From positions 1,152,001 through 1,216,000 of the forward strand of contig OZ245742.1 in NCBI GenBank assembly GCA_965227295.1: a stretch of 64,000 nt of DNA. Direction: 5' to 3'. The notes below the pieces were generated by a model. That model had not been told where the DNA came from. It made no database searches and was given only the letters and a program-made list of their open reading frames with translations. Made by a program: the position numbers and the translations under genes. This document shows positions 39,112 through 47,685 of this stretch, piece by piece. Each line of letters opens with the position of its first letter. Positions within the stretch are counted from its first letter, which is position 1. Source of the stretch: Leptonemataceae bacterium. Its GTDB lineage: Bacteria > Spirochaetota > Leptospiria > Leptospirales > Leptonemataceae.

Positions 39112-39631
39112 GCTCTATCCTGGATTTGTCCTGCTCATGATCGTTTGTTCCGCGGCGTCCTGCCGGAGCGCCGGGGAGCGGCAGGTTTCCGGTGAGAACA
39201 ACGAGGACATCGGCGCGCAATACGAGAATCGTTGCGCCGCTTCTCGAGAACTGAACCGGCAGCTCCTCGTGGATCTAAATCGCATGCGCGATACTCGCCG
39301 CCTTCCGCCCCTGTTTTTCGACGGCGATCTCATGCGCGCAGCGCAGTACCATGCGAACCGCATGGCCGGCCGCGGCGAACTCAGTCACGGCCGCAACGAA
39401 CAGAGCGGACCCTCAGATCGTCTCAAGAGCCTGGGCATCGTGCGGCGCTATGTCGCTGAGAACATCGCGCGGTTCATGCATCGCCGGGATCCGGGCAATT
39501 ACGTGTTGCGTTACTGGGCCGGGGGACGGCAGGAACGTCGGAATATTCTCGCGGATCGTTACTTTCGTGCCGGAGCGGCCCTGGTGCCGGCCGGAGAATA
39601 CTGTTACGCCGTCTTGATTTTAACCGACTGA
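39104..39631 (+). CDS. CAP (SCP) domain lipoprotein
   Basis: Lipobox AASC, AAQYHANRM, LSH, AENIA, RRNIL. Confidence 0.8.
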   Translation: MFRLYPGFVLLMIVCSAASCRSAGERQVSGENNEDIGAQYENRCAASRELNRQLLVDLNRMRDTRRLPPLFFDGDLMRAAQYHANRMAGRGELSHGRNEQSGPSDRLKSLGIVRRYVAENIARFMHRRDPGNYVLRYWAGGRQERRNILADRYFRAGAALVPAGEYCYAVLILTD

Positions 39632-39668
39632 TCGTCGAAATGTAAGTTAACGGCACCGGATGCAACGA

Positions 39669-39696
39669 TTGACCGTGCGCCGTTCCGGAGTATTAA
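39669..39696 (+). promoter_or_regulatory. Possible sigma70-type promoter
   Basis: TTGACC-16 nt-TATTAA upstream of ORF 39729. Confidence 0.35.
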
Positions 39697-39728
39697 GGAT
39701 TTATTAGGTTTTTCTACAGGCGACTATC

Positions 39729-40631
39729 ATGCCCAAAGATATTTCAGCACTGTCCCCGGAAGAAGTCGCCCTGGTGCGACAGACCCTGCAGGGACTCATC
39801 CATCAAATGAACTCCCGCAAGGCGCTCGGCGGCACCAGCGGTCTGATTCCGGACGAGGACATCGTCCTCCAGGCGTTGCAGCACCCGGAACGCGGCGACG
39901 TGCTCATCATCGTTCTCCACGATCCGCGCGGCAAACTCGACATCTTTGTTTCCAATCGCCGGGACCCGGACAATCCCTTCGCCGTCATGAATCGGGAAGC
40001 CCTGCGGGATTATCCTGGTCGGCGCCCCCTGTACCACGGCCACGCAACATTGAAAGATGGGGAGCATGCTTTGTTTCTGATCACCATGCAGGATCGCGAG
40101 CAGTTACACCTGAATCGGGACGCGCGTGTGGAAGTCTTCTCGGCGCACTTCAAGGTACATAACGAAACCCAGTTTGCGCCGAAAGAAGCCGACGACCTCA
40201 AGATCAAACCGCTCAGCCAGTGCAGCCTCGACGAGAAGTGGCAGATCTACAAGAAACAGTGGCCCATGGATGAACGCGTAAGTTTCATCGAAAAAGAGTT
40301 AATGTCCGTGTCGCTTACCTACGCCAGGTACAACGGCCCCGAGAAAACCGAGGTCATGGTGCTCCCGCCCGTGAAGTACCGGGAACGCATCGGTCAGATG
40401 ATTCGGGACGCCTATCCGGGCGGTGTGCGCATTTCCCTTCGCCGGGACTATCCCAAAGAACACAAGGAACGTATGGCCAAAGTGCATACGTATCTGCGCG
40501 AGCTTGCTGACGGCATGAAAAACAAGATCGCAAAAGAGAATCCGGACGGACTGAACAAACACTACGAAGAGATTACCGAGTTCGTCGAGGACGTCATCGA
40601 AAACGATCCCGATCTCACGCACTTCGCCTGA
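39729..40631 (+). CDS. Hypothetical soluble protein
   Basis: 300-aa ORF with host-like codon usage; no recognised motif. Confidence 0.7.
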   Translation: MPKDISALSPEEVALVRQTLQGLIHQMNSRKALGGTSGLIPDEDIVLQALQHPERGDVLIIVLHDPRGKLDIFVSNRRDPDNPFAVMNREALRDYPGRRPLYHGHATLKDGEHALFLITMQDREQLHLNRDARVEVFSAHFKVHNETQFAPKEADDLKIKPLSQCSLDEKWQIYKKQWPMDERVSFIEKELMSVSLTYARYNGPEKTEVMVLPPVKYRERIGQMIRDAYPGGVRISLRRDYPKEHKERMAKVHTYLRELADGMKNKIAKENPDGLNKHYEEITEFVEDVIENDPDLTHFA

Positions 40632-40632
40632 A

Positions 40633-40986
40633 CTATTCGGCGTTCGGGCAACGGTACGACGCAAAGTAGTACGTCCGATCGTACTCTCGCGTGGTGGCGT
40701 AGCCGAAGCGCGCGTCCACGTGAGTGGACGTCGTTGTGTCGCCGGTGATGCCGTCTTCAACCAGGACGTAATCCCGGCATTCGATGCTCGCCAGTAACTT
40801 CTCTTTGGCAATGCTTACCTTTGCCGCAGGCACCTCGTCCAGAGAATAGTAGCCCACCATGATCTGCCGCGTGCGGACGTTTGTTTCGTAGTTTTGTTTC
40901 ACGAAGACCGGCTGGTAGTCCGGCGTCACGCACGCTGCCAGCAGGAGGGCGATCAGCGGAAATGTGAATCTCAGAAGGGACATCAT
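40633..40986 (-). CDS. Hypothetical lipoprotein
   Basis: Lipobox LLAAC. Confidence 0.7.
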   Translation of the reverse strand: MMSLLRFTFPLIALLLAACVTPDYQPVFVKQNYETNVRTRQIMVGYYSLDEVPAAKVSIAKEKLLASIECRDYVLVEDGITGDTTTSTHVDARFGYATTREYDRTYYFASYRCPNAE

Positions 40987-41726
40987 GAGGAACCGTTCTT
41001 CACCTGCAGGCGCACGGCCAGGGGCAGATGATCAGACGCGAGTTTCGTCTTTTCGTTCAAAATAACACGATGGTCCACGAGATTCCAGTGATCGTTGTAG
41101 AAGACCTTGTCCAGGCGCAATAGCGGACGGATGGGACGCGGGGCGAAGGACGGAAAGGTGTGATTGCCCTTGCGTACATCGCCGGCGCTGTCGTGGAATC
41201 CGGCACCGGAGAGAACCGTCGTGAGACGGTGGTTGTGGTCGTTCGTGTCGCCCAGGATTACCAGGGGGAGATGCCCCAGGCTCTGGAGCGAGTTGGAGCG
41301 CAGGATGCGTTTCATCTGAAACATCCGCTCAAAGGATGCGAGTCCCAGGTGAATGTTGAATACCACCACCTCACGATCATCGGGCAGGCGGATCTGAGCC
41401 ACGAGGCAGCCCCGCCGTTTCTTGATGCCCCAGGTGATGTTCATGTTTCGCGTACCGACGATGGGATACTTCGATAGCGTGGCGTTGCCGTAGGCGCCCT
41501 GAGACAATTTTACGTTCAGCCCCAGGGCATGGTGGTAGCCCAGTTCCTCGGCGATGATTTTTGCCAGATCCTGGTTTCTGGACCGCGGCGCGTCGTAGTC
41601 CACTTCCTGAAGGGCGAAGACGTCCGCGTCGAGTTCGCGCAAAATCTCCACGATGCGCTCCGGCCGGTAGCGGCGGTCATTGCCGATGGCTTTGTGGATG
41701 TTGTATGTGACGAACTGTAGTTCCAC
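40983..41726 (-). CDS. Endonuclease/exonuclease/phosphatase family protein
   Basis: TYNIH, ALQEVD, GDTN, LRLD, ASDHLP; GTG start inferred. Confidence 0.9.
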   Translation of the reverse strand: MELQFVTYNIHKAIGNDRRYRPERIVEILRELDADVFALQEVDYDAPRSRNQDLAKIIAEELGYHHALGLNVKLSQGAYGNATLSKYPIVGTRNMNITWGIKKRRGCLVAQIRLPDDREVVVFNIHLGLASFERMFQMKRILRSNSLQSLGHLPLVILGDTNDHNHRLTTVLSGAGFHDSAGDVRKGNHTFPSFAPRPIRPLLRLDKVFYNDHWNLVDHRVILNEKTKLASDHLPLAVRLQVKNGSS

Positions 41727-41844
41727 GTAAAAACGATCACGGGCGGCTGGCGCGCAGGAGCTTCCACGGAAGACCGTTCGTTTCCCGAAGCGGGTCAAGG
41801 TTTTTTCGCTTGTCCTGCCCGAATCGGCGATTGATACGGAGGTT

Positions 41845-42909
41845 ATGTCCTCGCAAACGCAATTTCCCGTAAAAGCGTCGGCCATCCTGGCGGCGTTTCA
41901 ATCCCAGGGCCTGCTTTCCGAACTTCGCGGCGACGATCGTGAAGTTACCGGCGTCGCGCCGGCCGATCAGTGCGGCGGCGGCGATCTTACCTTCGCCGCG
42001 AACAAGGATTACCTGGCGGGCATCCGCAAGAACAAACCGGCCGTCGTCGTGACCAGCGCCGAGCTGGCGGATCAACTCAGCGGCGACGGCCTTACCGTGC
42101 TCGTCGCTCCGAACGTGGAGCTCGCCCATGCGAAGCTCAAGCAAGCCTACGGTGATCGGGATTACACAGCGTCCGGCTGGGGCCGCGTACATCCCTCTGC
42201 TGTGATTCACGAAAGCGTCAACGTACCGGAGACGGCGATTGTGGAACCGCTCGCGGTGATCGGGGCGAACGTGCAGCTCGGCGAGGGTTGCGTGATCATG
42301 GCGCGGGCCGTCGTCGAGCACGGTGCAAAGATCGGCGCCCGCACGGTCATTCATCCCGGAGTGTATATCGGCTATGACTGCGAGGTAGGGGACGACTGCA
42401 TCATCAAACCCAACGCCGTGATCGGCGGCGAGGGCTTCGGCTTCGCCCAGGACGAGAAGCGCCGCAATCATCGCATTCCGCAGACCGGCAAGGTGGTCAT
42501 CGGCGATCGGGTGGTCATCGGCGCGGTGAACACCATTGACCGCGCGGCCTACGGGCAGACGGTCATCGGTAACGGCTGCATCTTCGACACGCACAATCAC
42601 ATTGCGCACAACTGTGTGATGGGCGAGGACTGCATCGTTGTGGCCATGACCGGTGTCGCCGGTTCCACGACCATCGGCGATCGAGTCATCTTCAGCGGCC
42701 AAACCGGTGTGCTCGATCACATCAAAGTGCCGGGCGATTCGGTATTCCTGCACCGTGCGGGTATCACGCAAACCATCGACGAGCCGGGGGTCTACGCCTT
42801 TCACCCGATCATGCCGATAACGGACTATATGAAAATGGCGGTGTCGCTGCGTCAGCTCAACGACCTGCGCAAGCGATTGAAGCAGGTGGAGAAACAGCAG
42901 CAGGACTGA
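41845..42909 (+). CDS. lpxD: UDP-3-O-acylglucosamine N-acyltransferase
   Basis: Hexapeptide repeats, GGEGFGF, IPQTG, TIDRA, HIAHN. Confidence 0.9.
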   Translation: MSSQTQFPVKASAILAAFQSQGLLSELRGDDREVTGVAPADQCGGGDLTFAANKDYLAGIRKNKPAVVVTSAELADQLSGDGLTVLVAPNVELAHAKLKQAYGDRDYTASGWGRVHPSAVIHESVNVPETAIVEPLAVIGANVQLGEGCVIMARAVVEHGAKIGARTVIHPGVYIGYDCEVGDDCIIKPNAVIGGEGFGFAQDEKRRNHRIPQTGKVVIGDRVVIGAVNTIDRAAYGQTVIGNGCIFDTHNHIAHNCVMGEDCIVVAMTGVAGSTTIGDRVIFSGQTGVLDHIKVPGDSVFLHRAGITQTIDEPGVYAFHPIMPITDYMKMAVSLRQLNDLRKRLKQVEKQQQD

Positions 42910-43030
42910 TCCTGCGAATCCGTCGCAACTCGTGAGCAAGCGCGAGGAGTCCGCCGTTATTTTGGTTGCCGCCTTTGCGCTTCGTAAGCAGATCTACCGT
43001 ACCTTAAAAAGGTAAACAGGAGTTCGAACT

Positions 43031-43321
43031 ATGCCTTATATCATTACCGAACCGTGCGTGGGTACCGCAGATACCGCCTGCGTGGAAGTCTGCCCGGTCG
43101 ATTGCATCCATCCCACGAAAGAAGAGTGGCCGGAGAAAGGCTACGAAGAAGGCAAGCTCGAGGGCAAAATGCTGTACATCGATCCTGAAGAGTGTATCGA
43201 CTGCGGCGCCTGTGAACCGGTTTGCCCCGTTCAAGCCATCTACGCCGAGGACGAAGTCCCGGAAGACCAGAAGAAGTACATCGCCATTAACTACGAGTAC
43301 TACGGGCACAGCGCCCCGTAA
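43031..43321 (+). CDS. Dicluster (7Fe-type) ferredoxin
   Basis: C-x7-C-x3-CPVDCI and CIDCGACEPVCP; AGGAG RBS. Confidence 0.92.
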   Translation: MPYIITEPCVGTADTACVEVCPVDCIHPTKEEWPEKGYEEGKLEGKMLYIDPEECIDCGACEPVCPVQAIYAEDEVPEDQKKYIAINYEYYGHSAP

Positions 43322-43426
43322 GTACGGCGACATAAGATCTGCCTGCCGAAGACCGCCGGAGGCCCCTCCGGCACGGTACATAAAACAATCCTTGACGGTG
43401 CCCTTACGTCGCGCCCTGTGGATCGT

Positions 43427-43511
43427 GGAGGGATGTCCGAGCGGTTTAAGGAGGCGGTCTTGAAAACCGTTGTGCAGCAATGTACCGTGGGTTCGAATCC
43501 CACTCCCTCCG
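43427..43511 (+). tRNA. tRNA-Ser (TGA)
   Basis: GGAGGGA acceptor, GCGGT-CTTGAAA-ACCGT anticodon arm, long variable arm, GGTTCGAATCC; CCA not encoded. Confidence 0.95.
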
Positions 43512-43536
43512 GATTGTAACATTGACGGAAACGTTT

Positions 43537-43623
43537 GGAGAAGTGCCCGAGAGGCTGAAGGGAGCAGTTTGCTAAACTGTCGTGCGCGTATGCGTACCGC
43601 GGGTTCGAATCCCGCCTTCTCCG
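43537..43623 (+). tRNA. tRNA-Ser (GCT)
   Basis: GGAGAAG/CTTCTCC acceptor, GCAGT-TTGCTAA-ACTGT anticodon arm, long variable arm, GGTTCGAATCC; CCA not encoded. Confidence 0.95.
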
Positions 43624-43670
43624 CATCCATGCCGGCGGCTCTGTGTCGGCACCCAAAACCCAGGTAGCCC

Positions 43671-44144
43671 ATGTCCGACCGCATTCGAGAGATTCAGAAC
43701 CGCCTGATGAACAATCTGGGCGACGGCGAGGGCGGCGAGGTAGCGGCGGCCATTGCCTATATTCCCCTGGTCGGCTGGATTTATCCGTACTTCTTCAAGA
43801 AGGACGACGACTTCTGTCGTTTCCACGCATCCCAGGCACTCAAGCTGAATTTGGCCATCGTTGCGCTCTATTTCGGCATCTGGATTCTTGAAAATTTTCC
43901 GCTCACGGGCTGGCTCTTCGGTCTGGATGCCGTCTTTCATCCGCTCACGCGTTCCATCTGGCTCATCGCCGCGGCGTTGTTCCTGGGTCTCTCCGGTGTG
44001 GGTGCCTTCAAGGCCATCTCGGACGAGCGTTGGGAAGTTCCGTACATCATGACCTACATCGACGATGCCCTCGATCTTCTCGGCCGGCAATTTCGTGACC
44101 TCGGTCGCGACTCCCGCAAGAACGACGGGGATCCGAAGCACTGA
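43671..44144 (+). CDS. DUF4870-like membrane protein
   Basis: IAYIPLVGW, F.RFHASQAL, GAFKA...WEVP. Confidence 0.7.
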   Translation: MSDRIREIQNRLMNNLGDGEGGEVAAAIAYIPLVGWIYPYFFKKDDDFCRFHASQALKLNLAIVALYFGIWILENFPLTGWLFGLDAVFHPLTRSIWLIAAALFLGLSGVGAFKAISDERWEVPYIMTYIDDALDLLGRQFRDLGRDSRKNDGDPKH

Positions 44145-44151
44145 TTCCTGA

Positions 44152-44529
44152 ATGTCGCGTTTACCTTTGAACGTTCGGGCGGCGCTCTACAGCCTGCCGC
44201 TGTTTCTGGCCTGGATCGTCCCGCTTACCTGGGAACATCAAAACGAAACCGCCCTTCGCGCGGGCCGACGTTCCCTCGGCCTCTTTCTATTGTATGCGGC
44301 GTGGATCGGTCTTTCGTATGGAATCGCCGTGATTCCGGAGTTTTTCGTGGCCGGCGGCGGCGGTTACTATTTCGAGTATGCGTTGTTTTTCTTGCGAGCG
44401 ATCGGTGGCGCGGCCTACGTCATTGTCTCATTGATCTTTGCGTTCTTCGAATATCGCGAGCAGGGCATCGGCACGCGGTTGTTTCCGGAACGCGTCGCCG
44501 ATAAATTCGAGTCGCTCGTAAGTCGCTGA
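44152..44529 (+). CDS. Hypothetical membrane protein (possibly related to the upstream gene)
   Basis: Three hydrophobic segments, similar layout. Confidence 0.6.
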   Translation: MSRLPLNVRAALYSLPLFLAWIVPLTWEHQNETALRAGRRSLGLFLLYAAWIGLSYGIAVIPEFFVAGGGGYYFEYALFFLRAIGGAAYVIVSLIFAFFEYREQGIGTRLFPERVADKFESLVSR

Positions 44530-44600
44530 GCTCTTCGCGCGAGACTCGATGCAACGGAATTATTCTCTCCCAACACCCTCGGTTTCTCGGTCCTCGGAGT

Positions 44601-45746
44601 TTATCTTCCCCCCGCACTCCGATACAGCTCGATCAACTCATTCACGTGTTTGCGCCAGTCGAAGTCCTTCGCGCGCTTGAGGCCGTCCTTGCGCATCGTT
44701 TCCCGCAACTCTTTATCGCCGAGACATTCGTCGAGGACGCGCAGGAAGTCGTCTTCGTTGCGCGGATCAAAGTAACGCGCGGCGTCGGCGCCGATTTCCG
44801 GCAGACACGACGTGCGCGAGGCGATGGCAGGCGTGCCGCAGGCCATTGCTTCGACGAGCGGAAAACCGAATCCTTCGTAGAGCGACGGCAGAATGAACAA
44901 CTCCGCGGCGGCATACAGCAAGGGCAGATCCGGGCCGTCCAGGTACGGCAGAACGATGAGGCGATCACTGACGCCTTCGCGTTCCAGTGTGGCCTGGATG
45001 TACTCCGGGACCTTGCCGCCGGTACCGGCCAGGGCCAGCGGGATTTTGAGTTTGCCGCTACGCCAGTGTTTTGCCAGGGCGCGGACGGCGAAGTCCACGT
45101 TCTTGTGGCGCTTGCCGATGCCGACGATCAGCAGAAATTTTTTCGGAAGATCGAAGTTCTTGCGAAAGCGATTCACGTCCTGCGCATCCGGGACGCGAAA
45201 GAGCGAGTGATCGATGCCGTTGTAGAGCAGCGAGGTTTTCGCCGCCGCGCGGGGGAATCGCTTCAGGAATTCCAGGCGAGTGGTGTCGGAGACCGTGGCG
45301 ATGCGCCGCGCAAACAGGGCCGCAAAAAATAGCAGCACGTAGCTGTAAATGCGGTAGTGCGGAGCGGAGAATTCCTTCGATTGGAGGTGAATGAGATCGT
45401 GCAGGACGACGACGGCCCGGCGCATGCGCAGAATTGGGACGTTGTAGTGTGGTAGATGCAGCACTTCCTTCGGTTCCGGTCCGGGAAAAAAGAGCTGTTC
45501 GCGAATGGAGTAGATGGAAGCCTTGAATTCCGTGATGCGGCCGTCGAAGCCGGGCAGGTGTCGGAAGATCATTTTCGGATCGCCCAATAGATGCAGCCGC
45601 ACGTCGTCTTTGCGTAACATGAGTTCGCGCAGCACGTTTTGGACCTGCGTGCCGATGCCGGAGTGACCGACCATGCGGGCGTCGAAACGAATTTCCAGCG
45701 GGCGATCCGCGGGCGTGGGTGAGTCGTTAGAGTCCGGTTCGTTCAT
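44601..45746 (-). CDS. Glycosyltransferase family 4
   Basis: DARM..SGIG, HDLIH, HKN, SLYEGFGFPLVEAMACG. Confidence 0.92.
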   Translation of the reverse strand: MNEPDSNDSPTPADRPLEIRFDARMVGHSGIGTQVQNVLRELMLRKDDVRLHLLGDPKMIFRHLPGFDGRITEFKASIYSIREQLFFPGPEPKEVLHLPHYNVPILRMRRAVVVLHDLIHLQSKEFSAPHYRIYSYVLLFFAALFARRIATVSDTTRLEFLKRFPRAAAKTSLLYNGIDHSLFRVPDAQDVNRFRKNFDLPKKFLLIVGIGKRHKNVDFAVRALAKHWRSGKLKIPLALAGTGGKVPEYIQATLEREGVSDRLIVLPYLDGPDLPLLYAAAELFILPSLYEGFGFPLVEAMACGTPAIASRTSCLPEIGADAARYFDPRNEDDFLRVLDECLGDKELRETMRKDGLKRAKDFDWRKHVNELIELYRSAGGR

Positions 45747-45803
45747 GTTTGCAAAAGCGGCGCCCAGTTTCGCAGCAATGGTGCGATTGCTCAAGAAAAG
45801 AAA

Positions 45804-46133
45804 ATGAAGAACTTCCCGAAGATACTCTCGCAAAACACTCTGCTGCCCGCCGTGCTTTTATACGGACTGTTGCTGGCGCTGACCGTGCAGTGCACCACCG
45901 AGGAAACCGCCAGCGTGGATGCCGGCGAGGCGAACCTTCAGATCCTGACAGCCTACGCGGCGAAGGACATTCAATGCGGCCAGTTGCATGTATTAACTCT
46001 GCCGGTCCTCACCGACGCCGACCGCGGCGACGTGGAACTCTGCGTCTTCAATATTCTGGCAGTGGACTGCGAAGTCTGGGGCAGCGCCGAGAACCTGCCA
46101 CCGGCATGCCTGGCAATCGCGGTGGAGATCTGA
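45804..46133 (+). CDS. Small Cys-rich lipoprotein
   Basis: Spirochaete-type lipobox LTVQC plus four further Cys. Confidence 0.65.
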   Translation: MKNFPKILSQNTLLPAVLLYGLLLALTVQCTTEETASVDAGEANLQILTAYAAKDIQCGQLHVLTLPVLTDADRGDVELCVFNILAVDCEVWGSAENLPPACLAIAVEI

Positions 46134-46185
46134 AGAAATAATACAAATGAATTCTCTTTCTCGGTGACCTCGGAGCCTCGGTGGT

Positions 46186-47289
46186 TCATCCGCTCTTCCG
46201 ACACGCCTCAATCAACTCCATCCCCGCTACCGCCGATTCTAATCGATCGTAGCTCGCCGGACCGCCGGCCCGGCACTCCTTCTCAATTTCGCGGTACAAT
46301 GCCAGCCAGGCGTTGTCCTCACGATTCGGGATGCGCGGTGAAAACGGCCGCAGGTCCCGGAAGTGCTTGTAGCGCTTCGACGCCGCCGATCGAAAAAAGA
46401 AGTGCCCCTCGTTCCCCGCTCGAATGCGGCCGCGCTCGAAATCCAGCTGCATGGTAAACTCGAAGTAATCCCGGCGCCCGCCGGATTCCAGGTGCGCAGA
46501 AAACTCCGGATACGCGAAGTCCACGAAGGCCGTGTCTTCGATTTGCGGTTTGCCCCTGGCCGCGTTGAACGGAGACGGAAACAAACGCGCCCGTGTGCGC
46601 TCCGGCTTGCCGGCGTACCACAGTAACAGATCGATCCAATGAATCGCATCGTGGAGGAGCGGGCCCACGGCCTCGCCGCGATTCTGAAAGGCCCGTTCCG
46701 GCACCGGCCATGTCAGCACCTGGCCGTGAATCGAGCGCAAGGGTCCCAGGGTCTCACTTTCGATGTAGCGTTTGACCAGGCGATAGGCCGGATGATAACG
46801 CCGCTCGAAGTTGATCCACACCCGGGCTTTGTGTTTCCTCGCGGCCGCTAATAGTTTGCGAGCGGATGTTAGATCGAGGGCGATCGGCTTCTCCAGCAGT
46901 ACGGCTTTTGCGCCGCCGCGGAGCGCCTCCAGGGCGATTTCGACATGGGAATCCGTTCTGGTGGCGATGATTACGAACTCCGGCCGGGCCTCTTTCAGTA
47001 CGGTCTTCGCATCGGTGCCGGCGATGTCTACGGACAACCGCGCCCCGGGAAACGGAAGCCGCGGCGGCCGGGCCTTACGTGGACGTTTCCACCAGCGCTG
47101 AAACTCAGCGATTCTGTTTTCATTGTGATCGCAAACGGCGGTGAGTTCGAAGGCCGGACCACCGCGGCGCCGGGCCGTGGATTCGATGAGTTCTCGCAGG
47201 CTGCCGGCATGAGTGCAGGGCTTGCGCCGATACGGATCTTCTTCGAGTTTCCAGGCAATGCGCCCGAGGCCGATCAACGCGGTTTTCAT
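46186..47289 (-). CDS. Gfo/Idh/MocA family oxidoreductase
   Basis: GLGRIA, LEKP, NFERRY, HDAIHWID. Confidence 0.88.
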   Translation of the reverse strand: MKTALIGLGRIAWKLEEDPYRRKPCTHAGSLRELIESTARRRGGPAFELTAVCDHNENRIAEFQRWWKRPRKARPPRLPFPGARLSVDIAGTDAKTVLKEARPEFVIIATRTDSHVEIALEALRGGAKAVLLEKPIALDLTSARKLLAAARKHKARVWINFERRYHPAYRLVKRYIESETLGPLRSIHGQVLTWPVPERAFQNRGEAVGPLLHDAIHWIDLLLWYAGKPERTRARLFPSPFNAARGKPQIEDTAFVDFAYPEFSAHLESGGRRDYFEFTMQLDFERGRIRAGNEGHFFFRSAASKRYKHFRDLRPFSPRIPNREDNAWLALYREIEKECRAGGPASYDRLESAVAGMELIEACRKSG

Positions 47290-47296
47290 GCGTGAA

Positions 47297-47638
47297 TTAT
47301 CGGCGTCGCCGTGAGGATGATGCGCGGGAATTGAAGATCGTACCGTAAAGGGCCTTCAGGATTTTGAGTGCCAGCCAGCCGTAGACGCCCCACAGAATCG
47401 TGCCCAGCAGAAACGACGCCACGATGATGCCGGAGTCGGACAGGAAGAAGTAGAACAGCGACACCGGGATGTCGAAGTAGAGGATGTCGCTGCAATCCGG
47501 ATCGCATTCCATGCGGAAGATGCGCGAGCGCGTAAACAGCATGATCAAATGCAGCAGCGCGGCGGGGAAGAAACCCCACGGTAAATCATCGTAAAACGAA
47601 GTGTAAGAGACGACGGAAGATCGGGAGCGGCGCGACAT
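47297..47638 (-). CDS. Hypothetical membrane protein
   Basis: Hydrophobic segments, DIPVS, GTILWG. Confidence 0.6.
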   Translation of the reverse strand: MSRRSRSSVVSYTSFYDDLPWGFFPAALLHLIMLFTRSRIFRMECDPDCSDILYFDIPVSLFYFFLSDSGIIVASFLLGTILWGVYGWLALKILKALYGTIFNSRASSSRRRR

Positions 47639-47685
47639 AATTCAGTTTACACGAGACGGTCGTTACCGCATGATTGCGCTCGATT

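Noticed and set aside
41720-41735. parS-like GTTCCACGTAAAAAC (half-sites also near 24049 and 40895)
   Set aside because: Right arm deviates from TGTTNCACGTGAAACA; I found no convincing parS by eye
43352-43375. GCCGGAGG/CCTCCGGC hairpin after the ferredoxin gene
   Set aside because: Probably an ordinary terminator or processing stem; single copy, no U-tract
43004-43684. ORFs overlapping the tRNA pair
   Set aside because: Antisense translations of tRNA and ferredoxin sequence
43427-44529. Possible island integrated at tRNA-Ser
   Set aside because: No integrase and no duplicated tRNA 3' end seen in the window
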